Source: Candidatus Latescibacterota bacterium
Lineage (GTDB): Bacteria > Latescibacterota > UBA2968 > UBA8231
Direction of reading: 5' to 3'
DNA length: 64,000 nucleotides
Assembly (NCBI GenBank): GCA_965223905.1
Contig: CBDCXV010000010.1
Location: forward strand, 1,632,001-1,696,000
Shown: positions 38,920-49,800 of the stretch, piece after piece
Numbering within the stretch: position 1 is the first letter of the stretch
How the letters are laid out: the number at the start of each line of letters is the position of its first letter
Translations under genes and position numbers: made by a program
The notes under the pieces: model-generated
What the model was told of the DNA's origin: nothing
Seen by the model: only the letters and a program-made list of their open reading frames with translations
Databases searched by the model: none

Positions 38920-40002
38920 CTACTCCCGCACCGGCTCGGCCTTCCCCGATGCGGCGGAACGGTACGCGGCGTCGAGCATCTCGGCTCCTCTCATCGCCGC
39001 TTCCCCGGGAGCGGAATTGACCTCCGTCTTGCCGAGAATCAGCTCGACGAAGTTCGCCGGCGGGCCGTCGCACTCGTAGAAGCCGGCGTCCTCGGCGACG
39101 TCGGCGACCTCGTGGCGGCCATCGTGCCGGCGCAGGTGCATGCGCGCCCGCTCGCAGTCGAGGAGCAGCATCCCCTCGGTGCCGAAGAATCGCAGGTCGA
39201 CCTGGAAGGTCTGGTCCATCGGCACGGTGCCGGCGCCGCTCATCGAACCGATCCCCCCGTTGGTGAAGGTGACGGCGAGGGCGTCGTACATCTCCACCGC
39301 CGACTCGGAAGAGGACATGACGCTGTAGACGGTGCGGGCCTCGAGGCCGCTGAGCCAGAAGAGCATGCCGGTGGAGTGCGACATCTGCGCCAGGGCGTAA
39401 CCCCCGCCGGCAATCTTCGGGTCGGCCCAGGTCGACGGGGCCGGGTCGAACATGTTGCCGCCCGACTGGCCGCTGACCTCGTCTATCCTGAACTCCTCGC
39501 CGCGCAGCAACGGCCGGATCGGCGAGGCCATGTGGCAGAGGACGAACTCGATCTCGCCGACGGCCCCTTCGTCGAGCAGCGCCTTGGCCTGCTGCACGAA
39601 GCTTTTGTAGTGCCACCCGTACGGGACCAGCAGGTGCAGTCCGTTGCCGTCGGCGATCTCCACCAGCCTGCGGGCGTCGGCCCCCCTGGTGGTGATCGGT
39701 TTCTCGCACAGTACGTGCAGCCCCTTTTCGAGGGCGGCGCCGGCGTGCTCGAAGTGCAGGGTGTGGGGGGAAGCGACGACCACGCCGTCGAGCTCGCACT
39801 GCTCGAGCAGCTCGTGGTAGTCCTCGGTGGCGTAGGGAAAGCCGAAGCGGTCCTGGATCTGCTTCAGCTCCGGCCTGCCGAGGCGGCAGACGCCGGCCAG
39901 CTCGACGTCGTCCCGCGCCGCCAGCACCGGCATGTGGTTGCTCGTCGCCCACCACCCGGCCCCGATGAATCCGATTCTCGCTTTTCCGTTCGTTCCGCTC
40001 AC
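38920..40002 (-). CDS. Gfo/Idh/MocA family oxidoreductase
   Basis: IGFIGAGWW, VLCEKP, GGGY..SH. Confidence 0.9.
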   Translation of the reverse strand: MSGTNGKARIGFIGAGWWATSNHMPVLAARDDVELAGVCRLGRPELKQIQDRFGFPYATEDYHELLEQCELDGVVVASPHTLHFEHAGAALEKGLHVLCEKPITTRGADARRLVEIADGNGLHLLVPYGWHYKSFVQQAKALLDEGAVGEIEFVLCHMASPIRPLLRGEEFRIDEVSGQSGGNMFDPAPSTWADPKIAGGGYALAQMSHSTGMLFWLSGLEARTVYSVMSSSESAVEMYDALAVTFTNGGIGSMSGAGTVPMDQTFQVDLRFFGTEGMLLLDCERARMHLRRHDGRHEVADVAEDAGFYECDGPPANFVELILGKTEVNSAPGEAAMRGAEMLDAAYRSAASGKAEPVRE

Positions 40003-40156
40003 GACTGTGCCCTCCTGTGCATATTTGGTGTGCGCGTTTGGTGTGCGCGCTCGATCAAAGCCCCCCGACACACACCTGTCAAGGTTTTCTGCTATACTTG
40101 CAGTGGCTTGGATTACAATCGGATCCGCAACCCATAAAGAGGAGTGAACCGACAGC

Positions 40157-41110
40157 ATGGCCGCTACCGAAAACGCCCTGACCGACCCCTTCGCCCTGAA
40201 CGGGGACGAATATTTCTGGATGAAGGGAAACCTGCACAGCCACACGACCAACTCGGACGGCCGCGTTTCCCCGCAGGAGCGCCTCGACGGGTACGTCAAC
40301 CAGGGGTACGACTTTCTGTGCCTGTCCGACCACAACAACATCACCCGCGTCGACAGCGTCGACGCCCCGGAGGATTTCGCCCTGATCCAGGGGGCGGAGC
40401 TGCACCCCTCCAACCCCTTCGGCGGACAGGTGCACCACTTCGTCTGCCTCAACATCCACGAGGACATGGACGCCAGGCGCATGCCGCCGCAGATGGTGAT
40501 CGACGAGGTCCGCGAGCAGGGGGGCTGCGTCTGGCTCGCCCACCCGCACTGGAGTTCGGTCAACATTCTCCGCGATACCGTGCCTCTGAATGGACTGGCA
40601 GGCATCGAGGTCTTCAACACCACCTGCTGCCGGGCCGGCCGCGGCGACAGCTCCGTGCACTGGGACGACTGGATGAGCCTGGAGGACCGGCTCTACCCGG
40701 CCCTCGCCAACGACGATTCCCACGCGCAGGAGTCGGAGCGCCGCGACACCTACGAAGGCTGGACGATGGTGCGCGTCAAGGAACGGACCGTCGAGGCGGT
40801 GCTCGAAGCCCTGACCAGCGGCTGCTCCTACTCCACGACCGGGCCGGAGATCCGCGATATCTCGCTGCGCCGGATGCCGGCCGGAGACGGTGAGGAAGCC
40901 GGCAAGGTGGAAGCGACGGTGCGCTGCTCCGAGGCGCAGGCGGTGCGCGCCGTCAACGACGCCTACGGAACCGAGTACCGCGAGCACGGGTCGACCTTCG
41001 AGGAGGCGACCTTCCCGCTGCGCCCCGGGTCGCGCTGGGCCCGCTTCGAGGTCATCGGACCCGACGGCCTGAAGGCCTGGTCCAATCCCCGCGACCTGAG
41101 CGAGGTGTAG
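40157..41110 (+). CDS. PHP-domain (CehA/McbA-like) metallohydrolase
   Basis: KGNLHSHTTNSDG, SDHN, AHP, NDDSH, AWSNP. Confidence 0.88.
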   Translation: MAATENALTDPFALNGDEYFWMKGNLHSHTTNSDGRVSPQERLDGYVNQGYDFLCLSDHNNITRVDSVDAPEDFALIQGAELHPSNPFGGQVHHFVCLNIHEDMDARRMPPQMVIDEVREQGGCVWLAHPHWSSVNILRDTVPLNGLAGIEVFNTTCCRAGRGDSSVHWDDWMSLEDRLYPALANDDSHAQESERRDTYEGWTMVRVKERTVEAVLEALTSGCSYSTTGPEIRDISLRRMPAGDGEEAGKVEATVRCSEAQAVRAVNDAYGTEYREHGSTFEEATFPLRPGSRWARFEVIGPDGLKAWSNPRDLSEV

Positions 41111-41331
41111 TGGCGGGTTTGTCCCCGGACCCCGGAGATTTCAATAGCTGTTCGATGCTTCCTGGGATGTCGCCGGAGGGACTTCCGCCCGCTGCCCTCC
41201 GGCGGCGCCCGGGCTCCGGGTGAGATGCAACATGGAACGCTGTATATGGAACGCTCTTTTCTGAACACATCTCCAGACAGCCCCATATCGGGTGCGGTTC
41301 GACCGGCATCCCGCAGGATGACGCAGCCGGT

Positions 41332-42886
41332 ATGAACGCTCCTCCCAATCACGTCGCGGTAATCGACCTCGGCTCCAACACCGCCCGCCTGGTTCTGATC
41401 GCCGCCATCCCCGGGTACTCGTACCGCCTGCAGGACGAGATCCGCGAGGTCGTGCGCCTGCGCCAGGGCATGACCAAGAAGGGGCTCGCCGAGGAAGCCG
41501 CGGCCCGGGCAATCTCGACCTTGAGGCTGTTCAAGCGGTTCTGCGAGAGCACCGGGGCCGATGTCGTGCTGTCGACGGCGACCAGCGCCGTGCGCGACGC
41601 CGCCAACGGGCGCGCTTTCGTGCAGCGGGTCCGCGACGAGGTCGGGCTCGACCTGCGGGTCCTCGACGGAGAGCGCGAAGCCTACTACAGCACGGTCGGC
41701 GCCCTGAACGACGTCACCCTGCGCGACGGCGCAGTCCTCGACATCGGGGGCGGCAGCGTCCAGGTGAGCGAGGTGCGGGACGGGCGCTACATCCGGGGGG
41801 AAGCGCGCACCCTCGGGGCGCTCGCCCTGACCGAGCGCTTCGTGCGCTCCGACCCGATCGCGCCCAAAGAGCGAAGGACGCTGGAGCTGGAGATCGAGTC
41901 GCAGCTCGATTCGATACCGTGGCTCGGAAAGGCCGGCGCTCTTGTCGGACTGGGCGGGACCATCCGCAACCTCGCCAAGATCGAGGCGGCGAGGCAGCGC
42001 TACCCCCTCAACACCCTGCACGGCTTCCGCCTGACCCGAAGCTCGGTCGAAAAGTCGATTGACTTCTTCTGCCGGTCCGATCTGAAGGCGCGCCAGGCCT
42101 TGCCCGGGATCAGTCCGGACCGCGCCGACATCATCCTCGCCGGGGCCCTGGTGCTGGCCGGGGTGCTCGACCGCCTCGGCCTCGACGACTTGACGATCTC
42201 GGCCTGCGGGCTGCGGGAGGGGCTCTTCTTCGAGCACTTCTGGCAGCACCTGCCCTTCCCCGTCATCCCGGACGTGCGCCGCTTCAGCGTCCTCAACGTC
42301 GCGCGCAACTACGACTACCAGAAGCAGCATTCCAACCACGTCCGCTACCTCGCCGGACGCCTGTTCGACCAGCTGGAACCGCTGCACGGGTACGGCGCCG
42401 GGGAGCGGGAGATGCTCGACGCCGCGGCCCTGCTGCACGACCTCGGCACCGTCATCGCCTACGCCGGCCACCACAAGCACTCGCAGACGCTGATCCACTA
42501 CAACGGGCTGGCCGGCTTTTCACCGCGCGAGATCGCCCTGATCGGCCTGCTGGCGCGCTACCACCGCAAGGGGCGCGCCCGATATCTCGACCTACGAGGC
42601 GCTGCTCGACGCCGACGACCTCGCCATCCTCACGCGGCTTTCCGCCATCCTCAGGCTGGCGGAAAACTTCGAGCGCGGCCGCAACGGCGTCGTCGACGAC
42701 GTCATCGTCAACTGGGGGGACGACTACCTGAGGCTGACCCTGATCGCCGACGAGTACCCCGCTGTGGAGCTGTGGGAGACCGAGCGCAACGCCCTGCCGC
42801 TGGTGGAGAAGGCCTTCGGGCGCAGGGCCCTGGTCGACAGCATCGCCGCGCCCGGGGAGTGGCCGCAGCACGGCTCGCGGCCGTAA
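41332..42886 (+). CDS. ppx: Ppx/GppA exopolyphosphatase, frameshifted near 42572
   Basis: IDLGSNT, ATSAVRDA, DIGGGS, GLREG, LLHDLG; C-terminus continues after removing one G. Confidence 0.88.
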
Positions 42887-42992
42887 GGGGTCGGCTTTCC
42901 TGCTGGAACTCTTTCGGGTGGGACGGTAGGGGCCGGGAGGTGGCATCCAGGTCGGAGGGCGCCTTCCTGAACCTGTCGTCTCCCCAACCCTT

Positions 42993-45900
42993 TCAGCGCA
43001 GCAGCATCAGCTTGCCTACCGCCTGGTACCGCCCCGCCTGCAGCCGGTACAGGTACGAGCCGCTCGCCAGGGCCCGCCCCGATTCGTCGCGGCCGTTCCA
43101 CTCCACCGAGTGGAACCCCGGCCCCCGCGCCCCACGGACCAGCACCGCCAGCTTCTGCCCCAACAGGTCGTACACCGCCAGCTCGACCGAAGCCCGGGCC
43201 TCCGGCAGGGAGAAGGAGAGCACCGTTCCGCTGTTGAAGGGATTGGGGTAGTTGGGATACAGGGCGAAGGCCGCAGGCTCCGCCTCGGACTCGATGGCCG
43301 TGGCAGTGGACGACAGAATCTCGAAGGAGACCACGGCCCCGACGTAGGTCAGATCCCCGGGCCGACCCAGGTTCACCGCCAGTCGATAAGGGCCGGTGGG
43401 GATCTCGGAAAAAAGCAGCTCGCCGTCGAAACGCCCCGCCTCTACCAACAGGCTCTGGGCGTCCGCCGCGGCCCCGGTGTTGCCTTCCTCGTCGAGGGGA
43501 TAGAGGACGAACTCCATCACGGTTGCCTCCGAATCCGTCACTTCGCCGCTGATGCGGAGGGGCTGGCCGACGTTGACCGAAGTCGGCAGGGGACGGTCGA
43601 GCCGCACCCGGTTGAAGTAGCCGGTGGGGGCCTGCAAGGGACCCTGGCCCTCGGCAATGCGCATGGGGTAGAAGCTTCCGACGAAGGGGGTCGGCTTCCG
43701 GTTCGCGACATGGACGTTGAGGGTGTAGGTTGCGGCCTCGTCGTGCCGAAAAAAGATGGTGCGCGAAAAACGCCCCTCGTCGACCAGAAGGAAAAAATCC
43801 TCGCCACCTCCTCCGCCCTCCGGGACGAATTCCAGATTCATCACCTCAACGCTGTCGGCCGTGGTTCCCTGGACGAGCAGCGGTTCCCCGGTAGCCAGCT
43901 CAAGGGGCAGGAGGGGATCGAGGGTGATGCCGTCGAAGTGGTCGGCCGCCATGGCAGCGGGAGCCGCCGCCTTGGCAACCGGCAGGACCACCGCCCCCAG
44001 TTGGGCATGCCCCTCGGTTTGAAGGCTCAGGCTTCCGGTACCGTTTCCGACCACGCGGAGGAACTGCAGCCCCCAGGGCGAGATGTGCATCTCCGGGGGT
44101 GCATCGCCCAACCGGTAGATCACCGAGGCCGGCAGGGGAAAGCCCCTTCCCTCCGGAGTCTGCAGGGTGGCAAGCCGGTAGTTGAAGCGCGGGTGTCCGC
44201 TCTGCCCGGTACCGCTGATGTAGAGCTGCGCCCCCCAGCGGGCCAGTACGTCGGCAAAGTACTCCCCGGTGGCCGCCTCGACATTGGCGCCGGCGATCAG
44301 ATCGGTCTGTACCAGGCGCAGCAGCACCCCCTCCCCCAGCAGATCGACAAGGCTGCGCACGAACAGGTAAACCCCCCCGCGCCATGGCGATAAATCCGTT
44401 GCCGTGTTCAACCCGACCGCACCCGGCTGTCTGAGAAAGCTGCGCACATACCGGTAGTTGAGGTTGTCCTGCTCCGCCACCAGATCCTGGGCCACGTGGG
44501 ACAAGCCCTCGTTGAGCCAGATAGACTCGGTGCTTGACCGGCGCACCAGAACGTGCTGGTTGAAATTGATGAGATGCTGGAAGTAGTGCGCCAGCAAAGG
44601 ACGGTACAGCTCGGAGCGGACCGGGCTCAGCCACAGCAGGTCTGCCATGTTGCCGTCTCCGCCCGACTCGGCAGGGACCACGGAAGTCGCGCGGAACAAG
44701 ACCAACCGCCCCAAATCGTGGATCAGGTGGGTGAAGAGCACGGCCATCTTGCCGTCTCCATCCACGTCCGAAGGGGTTCCGAAGGCTCCCGTCAGGATCG
44801 GGATATCCTCGGCGAACTGGTCGATAACCGTCTTCATCTGGTCTTCGTCGATGTAGTTTTCGTCTTCCCGCAGGTTCTCCTGGACGAAGGCTACGACGCG
44901 CTCGTTTACCGCCAACACCCTCGCTTCGATCGATTGGTCCGGAACCTCCCCTCGGGCAGCGAAGAAAAAGGAGCGGCGGTCTCCGACCTCGTACTGTACC
45001 CGAACCGGCTTTCCCGCTTTGCGCCCGCCCTGCTGCAGTCGCAGGGCCAGTGTTTCCTCCAGTTGGCGATCCTGTTTTTCAAGGGAATCGCGGCGATCCG
45101 CGAACGGGGCATGGATCGGTTTGGTTCGGACCGCATTGCCGTCAACCTCAATGTGGTACCTCGTCCGATCGGACGGTCCTTCGGGCGACGAATAGAGGGC
45201 GAAGACGAAATCCTGCTCCCGGAAATCGAGGTCCGCCTCCATACGCCCCGCGGCGTCGGCCCGCAGATGCACCAGGTCGGAGGCCGCCTCCCGGCGCCCC
45301 AGTCCGGACAGGGCGATGGAGACCCTGGGCCGAAAGGGATCGTCGCTGAGCACGGTCAGCAGACCCTGGTCATCCCCTGCGCCGCTGTAGCTCAGCACGA
45401 TCTCCCCGGCCTCGCCGGGCTCAAGCGCCAAGGGGTATCTCTCGACCGCAAAAGGACCTTCGATCAGGGGCGTCTCCAGCTCGACCGTCGCGTTTCCCCG
45501 GTTGAACAGGGGAATCGTCGCTTCCTTCCCGGCCAGCAAGGCCATTGAGAGCACCCCCACCTCGAGATCGGCGGCCTGCGGATCGATACCCACAATGACG
45601 TACTCACCCGCAGGCCAGAGGATACCGCCTTGCAGTTCGACCCTCGCGGCCAGGATGATGGGGCCCAGTTCCCAGGGCTCCAGCCGCACTGGGAAATTGA
45701 AGCGCCCTTCCTTCAGTTCCGGGGAGAGGACACGGGATTCCCCTCCGTTTACCGGCTCCAGCTCCAACCGGATTCCCTGCACGAACGGACGCACTTCACC
45801 GGCGAAAACCACAAGCTTGTTCACCGGCCATTGCACCGGCAGCGGCTCGTCCAGTACCAGCCCATCGAAAAACAGCCTGGGAATTACGGACGGTTCGGTA

Positions 45901-46601
45901 CCGCGCATGATTTCGAGGTGGAGGTACCAACCCATCAAGTCCGCCGTTTCTCCCCATCCAACCCCCAGGAACATGAGCACGGCATACGCTTCCTCCGCTT
46001 CCGGCGGCAGGAGAATGGTACGCTCGAACCGGCCCTCGTCGGCGCGAAAGACGAAATCCCACTGCGACCCTGTCTCGGACAGAAATCGAAAAGCGACGAA
46101 CGCGGGAAGGGGGAAGCCCTCCACGGTTCCGGCAATGTGCAGGGCCTCACCGGTGGTGATGCTGGCCGGCAGCGGCTCGTCGAGATTCACAAAGGGGAAA
46201 TAGCGCCGCGGCAGCGTCACCGGTCCCTGGCCCTGGTTGACCTGCAAGCCCTCGAAACGCCCTAAAACCCGGGCCCTTTCCCTACCCCTGTCCGCCTCGA
46301 CCTCCAGGTTGTACTGCCCAACCGCACTGTGGGGAAAAACGGCTTCGAAAACAAAAGCGCCATCACTTACAAATCCCCAGAAATCCAGTTTAAAGCCATC
46401 GTCACGGGTGAATGTGAAATTGATCTGGAAGATGTTGAAATCTTCGGATTTCCCGGACAGGGACAGGTGCTGGCCCGTCTCGAAGGTTGTGGGCAGGGGC
46501 TCGTCCAACAGGATGCGGGGGAAGAAATCCGCGGGAATGTCTTCGGCCTTCAGCAGGAGGGGATTCACCAACAGCAGGACCATCGGGAAGGCGTGGCGCA
46601 T
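42993..46601 (-). CDS. Large secreted M30/gluzincin-like protein with FlgD/T9SS-like tail; catalytic Glu replaced (HYFQH)
   Basis: Signal peptide; SDVDGDG; LAHYFQH..WLNEGLSH; YPNPFN tail. Confidence 0.85.
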   Translation of the reverse strand: MRHAFPMVLLLVNPLLLKAEDIPADFFPRILLDEPLPTTFETGQHLSLSGKSEDFNIFQINFTFTRDDGFKLDFWGFVSDGAFVFEAVFPHSAVGQYNLEVEADRGRERARVLGRFEGLQVNQGQGPVTLPRRYFPFVNLDEPLPASITTGEALHIAGTVEGFPLPAFVAFRFLSETGSQWDFVFRADEGRFERTILLPPEAEEAYAVLMFLGVGWGETADLMGWYLHLEIMRGTEPSVIPRLFFDGLVLDEPLPVQWPVNKLVVFAGEVRPFVQGIRLELEPVNGGESRVLSPELKEGRFNFPVRLEPWELGPIILAARVELQGGILWPAGEYVIVGIDPQAADLEVGVLSMALLAGKEATIPLFNRGNATVELETPLIEGPFAVERYPLALEPGEAGEIVLSYSGAGDDQGLLTVLSDDPFRPRVSIALSGLGRREAASDLVHLRADAAGRMEADLDFREQDFVFALYSSPEGPSDRTRYHIEVDGNAVRTKPIHAPFADRRDSLEKQDRQLEETLALRLQQGGRKAGKPVRVQYEVGDRRSFFFAARGEVPDQSIEARVLAVNERVVAFVQENLREDENYIDEDQMKTVIDQFAEDIPILTGAFGTPSDVDGDGKMAVLFTHLIHDLGRLVLFRATSVVPAESGGDGNMADLLWLSPVRSELYRPLLAHYFQHLINFNQHVLVRRSSTESIWLNEGLSHVAQDLVAEQDNLNYRYVRSFLRQPGAVGLNTATDLSPWRGGVYLFVRSLVDLLGEGVLLRLVQTDLIAGANVEAATGEYFADVLARWGAQLYISGTGQSGHPRFNYRLATLQTPEGRGFPLPASVIYRLGDAPPEMHISPWGLQFLRVVGNGTGSLSLQTEGHAQLGAVVLPVAKAAAPAAMAADHFDGITLDPLLPLELATGEPLLVQGTTADSVEVMNLEFVPEGGGGGEDFFLLVDEGRFSRTIFFRHDEAATYTLNVHVANRKPTPFVGSFYPMRIAEGQGPLQAPTGYFNRVRLDRPLPTSVNVGQPLRISGEVTDSEATVMEFVLYPLDEEGNTGAAADAQSLLVEAGRFDGELLFSEIPTGPYRLAVNLGRPGDLTYVGAVVSFEILSSTATAIESEAEPAAFALYPNYPNPFNSGTVLSFSLPEARASVELAVYDLLGQKLAVLVRGARGPGFHSVEWNGRDESGRALASGSYLYRLQAGRYQAVGKLMLLR

Positions 46602-46805
46602 GGGTTTCTCCACCGGTAACGATTCAACCTAACCGCGAGCCGCGGAATGGTTGATCGGGGAGTTTCCGCCAAAAGAACAGGGGCCGCCATCCCCAGCCCC
46701 TTTCCGCATCGCCTTGATCACGAACCCCCGGTAGACTCCGCGGTCACGCGCCGCGGGGACATGCGAGGCCGCCCAAGAAGCCCGCGGTAAAGCCGATGCC
46801 CTCCC

Positions 46806-49800
46806 TCAGCGCAGCAGCATCAGCTTGCCTACCGCCTGGTACCGCCCCGCCTGCAGCCGGTACAGGTACGAGCCGCTCGCCAGGGCCCGCCCCGATTCGT
46901 CGCGGCCGTTCCACTCCACCGAGTGGAACCCCGGCCCCAGCGCCCCCCGGACCAGCACCGCCAGCTTCTGCCCCAGCAGGTCGTACACCGCCAGCTCGAC
47001 CTCCGGCCTGGACTCCGGCAGGGAGAAGGAGAGCAGAGTGCGGCTGTTGAAGGGATTGGGGTAGTTGGGATGGAGCGCAAAGGCCTGCGGCCCGGTCTCC
47101 CCTTCCTCCAGGACCGCGGTGATCGGTTCGAGGACCTCGAAGGAGACCACGGCCCCGACGTAGGTCAGATCCCCCTCCGGTCCGACCTCCAGCGACAGCC
47201 AGTAGATGCCGGGGGGCACCTCGTCGAAAAGCAGCTCCCCGTCGAAACGCCCCGCCACGACCGGCAGGCTCAGGGTCTTCTCGGCCTTTCGCGAGCGCTC
47301 CCCATCCTCGTTCTGGGGAAACAGGGAGAACTCCATCAGGGTCGCTTCGGCATCCTCCACTTCGCCGCTGATGCGGAGGGGCTGGTTGGCGGAGACCGAG
47401 GTCGGCAGGGGACCGTCGAGCTGCACCCGGTTGAAATAGCGGGTCGGCGCCTGCAGCGGACCTTGCCCCTGGGTCAGGCGAATGGGGAAGAAGCGTCCGA
47501 CAAACGGGGTCGGCTGCCGCTTGTCGACGTAGACGTTGAGGGAGTAGGTCGTCGCCTCGTCGTGCTGGAAAAAAACGGTCCGCAAAAAGCGCCCTTCCCG
47601 GACCAGCAGAAAGAACCGCTGCGCATCCCCCCCGTCCTCCGGGACGAACTCAAGGGTGATCTGCTCGACGCTGTCGGCGGTGGTTCCCTGAAGGAGCAGG
47701 GGCTCCCCGGTAGCCAGCTCCAGCGGCAGGGGCGGGTCGAGGGTGATGCCGGTGAAGTGGTCGGCGGCCATGGGAGCCGTGGCCGCGGCCTTTGCCACCG
47801 GCAAGGCCACCGCACCGAGACGGGCCTGCGGCTCGGTCTGCAGACTCAGCGTTGCCCCCTGGCTGCCTTCGAGGCGGAGGAACTGCACCCCCCGGGGCCG
47901 GAGCGACAGCCCGGGGGGCTCCTCCCCCAGGCGGTAGGTCACCGAGGCCGGCGGGGGAAACCCCCGGCCCTGCGGGGTCTGCAGGGGGGATATGCGGTAG
48001 TTGAACCGGGAGTGGCCGCTCAGCCCGGTGCCGCTGATGTAGAGCTGCGCTCCCCAGCGGGCCATCAGGTCGGCGAAGCTCTCCCCGGTGGCCGCCTCGA
48101 CGTTGTCGCGGTCGACCAGGCCGGTCTGCACCAGGCGCAGCAGCACCCCCTCCCCCAGCAGGTCGACCAGGCTGCGCACGAACAGGTAGGCCGCCCCGCG
48201 CGTGGGGGAATCGACCATGTAGCCGTCGATCAACCCCACCGCACCCGGCTCCTCCAGGAAGATGCGCACCAGGCGGTAGTTGCCGCTGACCTGGTGGCCG
48301 GCCACCAGATCCTCTGCAAGGTGCGACAGTCCTTCGTTGAGCCAGGAAGCCTCGCTGATTCCCCGCCGCACGAGGACGTGCTGGTTGAAGTTGACGAGAT
48401 GCTGGAACTCGTGCGCCAGCAGGGCCCGGTAGGACTCGGCGGGAAAGACCGGATTCACCCACATCAGGTCGATCATGTTGCCGTCTCCACCTGCGTCCCG
48501 GGGCAGCAGAGAAAAGGCGCGGAATTGCCCGCCGGCGTCGACGTCTTCTATCAGATGGGTGACGAGCACCGCTATCCTGCCGTCGCCGTCGACGTCCGAA
48601 GGGGCTCCGAAGGCCTCGACCAGGAGAGGGTAATCCACGGCGAACAGGTCGATGGCCTCCTTCAGCTGGTCCTCCTCGATGTTGTCGTCGTCCTCCCGCA
48701 GGTCCTCCTGGACGAAGGCGACGGCGCGCTCGTTGACCGCCACCACCCTGGCCTCGATGGACTGGTTCGGGACCTCCCCCTGCGCCGCGAAGAAGAAGGA
48801 GCGGCGGTCCCCTACCTCGTACTGCACCCCTGCCGGCTTGCCTGCCCAGCGCCCGCTCTCCCGCAGCCTCAGGGACAGGGTCCGCTCGAGCTGCCGCGCC
48901 CGGTGCTCGACGGAATCGCGGCGGTCCGCCCGGGTTGCGACGGTCGGTTTGGCAAGGGCGGCGGAGCCTTCCAGGGAGATCTCGTACACCTTCTCCCGAT
49001 GGAAGCGCTCCAGCGGAGCCGCATAGAGGGCGAGAACCTGGTCCTGTTCCATGAGATCGAAGCCGGACTCGATACGACCTGCGGCATCGGCGCGCAGATG
49101 CACCAGGTCGGAGGCCGCCTCCCGGGCCTCCAGCCCCGACAGGGCGATCGTCACACGCGGTCGGAAGGGGTCGTCGCTGACTACGGTCAGCTGGCCCTGG
49201 TCGCCACCCGAACCTTCGTAGCTCAGCTCGATTTCGCCGGCCTCGCCGGGCCCGAGCACCGGGGGGAAAGCCGCGACTGTGAACGGCCCCTCGACTTGGG
49301 GGGGCTCCAGCTCGACCGGACCGTTCCCCCGGTTCAACAGGGGAACCCCTGCTTCCCGACCTGCCAGCAGGGCCACCGCCACCACCCCCACTTCCAGGTC
49401 CGGGGGCTGCAGATCCACCCCCTCGATGACGAACTCGCCGGCGTCCCAGGTCGTGCCGTCCTGCAGCTCGACAACTGCCGACAAACGCAGCGGACCCTCC
49501 TCGCCGGCCGCCAGGCGCACCGGGAAGCGGAAGCGCCCTTCCTCCAGCCCGGGTGAGAGCACGCGGGGTTCCCCGCCGTCGAGCCGGGCCAGATACACCC
49601 AGAAGCGGCGCACGAAGGGACGCGCTTCTCCGGACAGGACCACGGCCCGCAGCAGCGGCCATTGCACCGGCAGCGGCTCGTCCAGCGCCAGCCCGTCGAA
49701 AAACAGCCGCGGCACCTCGGCAGGTTCGGCCCCGCGACTGATTTCAAGGTAGGGGTACCACTCGACAGGGAGCAGGTTTCCCTCGCGCGGACCGGCATAC

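Noticed and set aside
42993-46938. Diversity-generating retroelement TR/VR pair (also considered for the 94-bp repeat)
   Set aside because: No adenine-specific mismatches and no reverse transcriptase in the window
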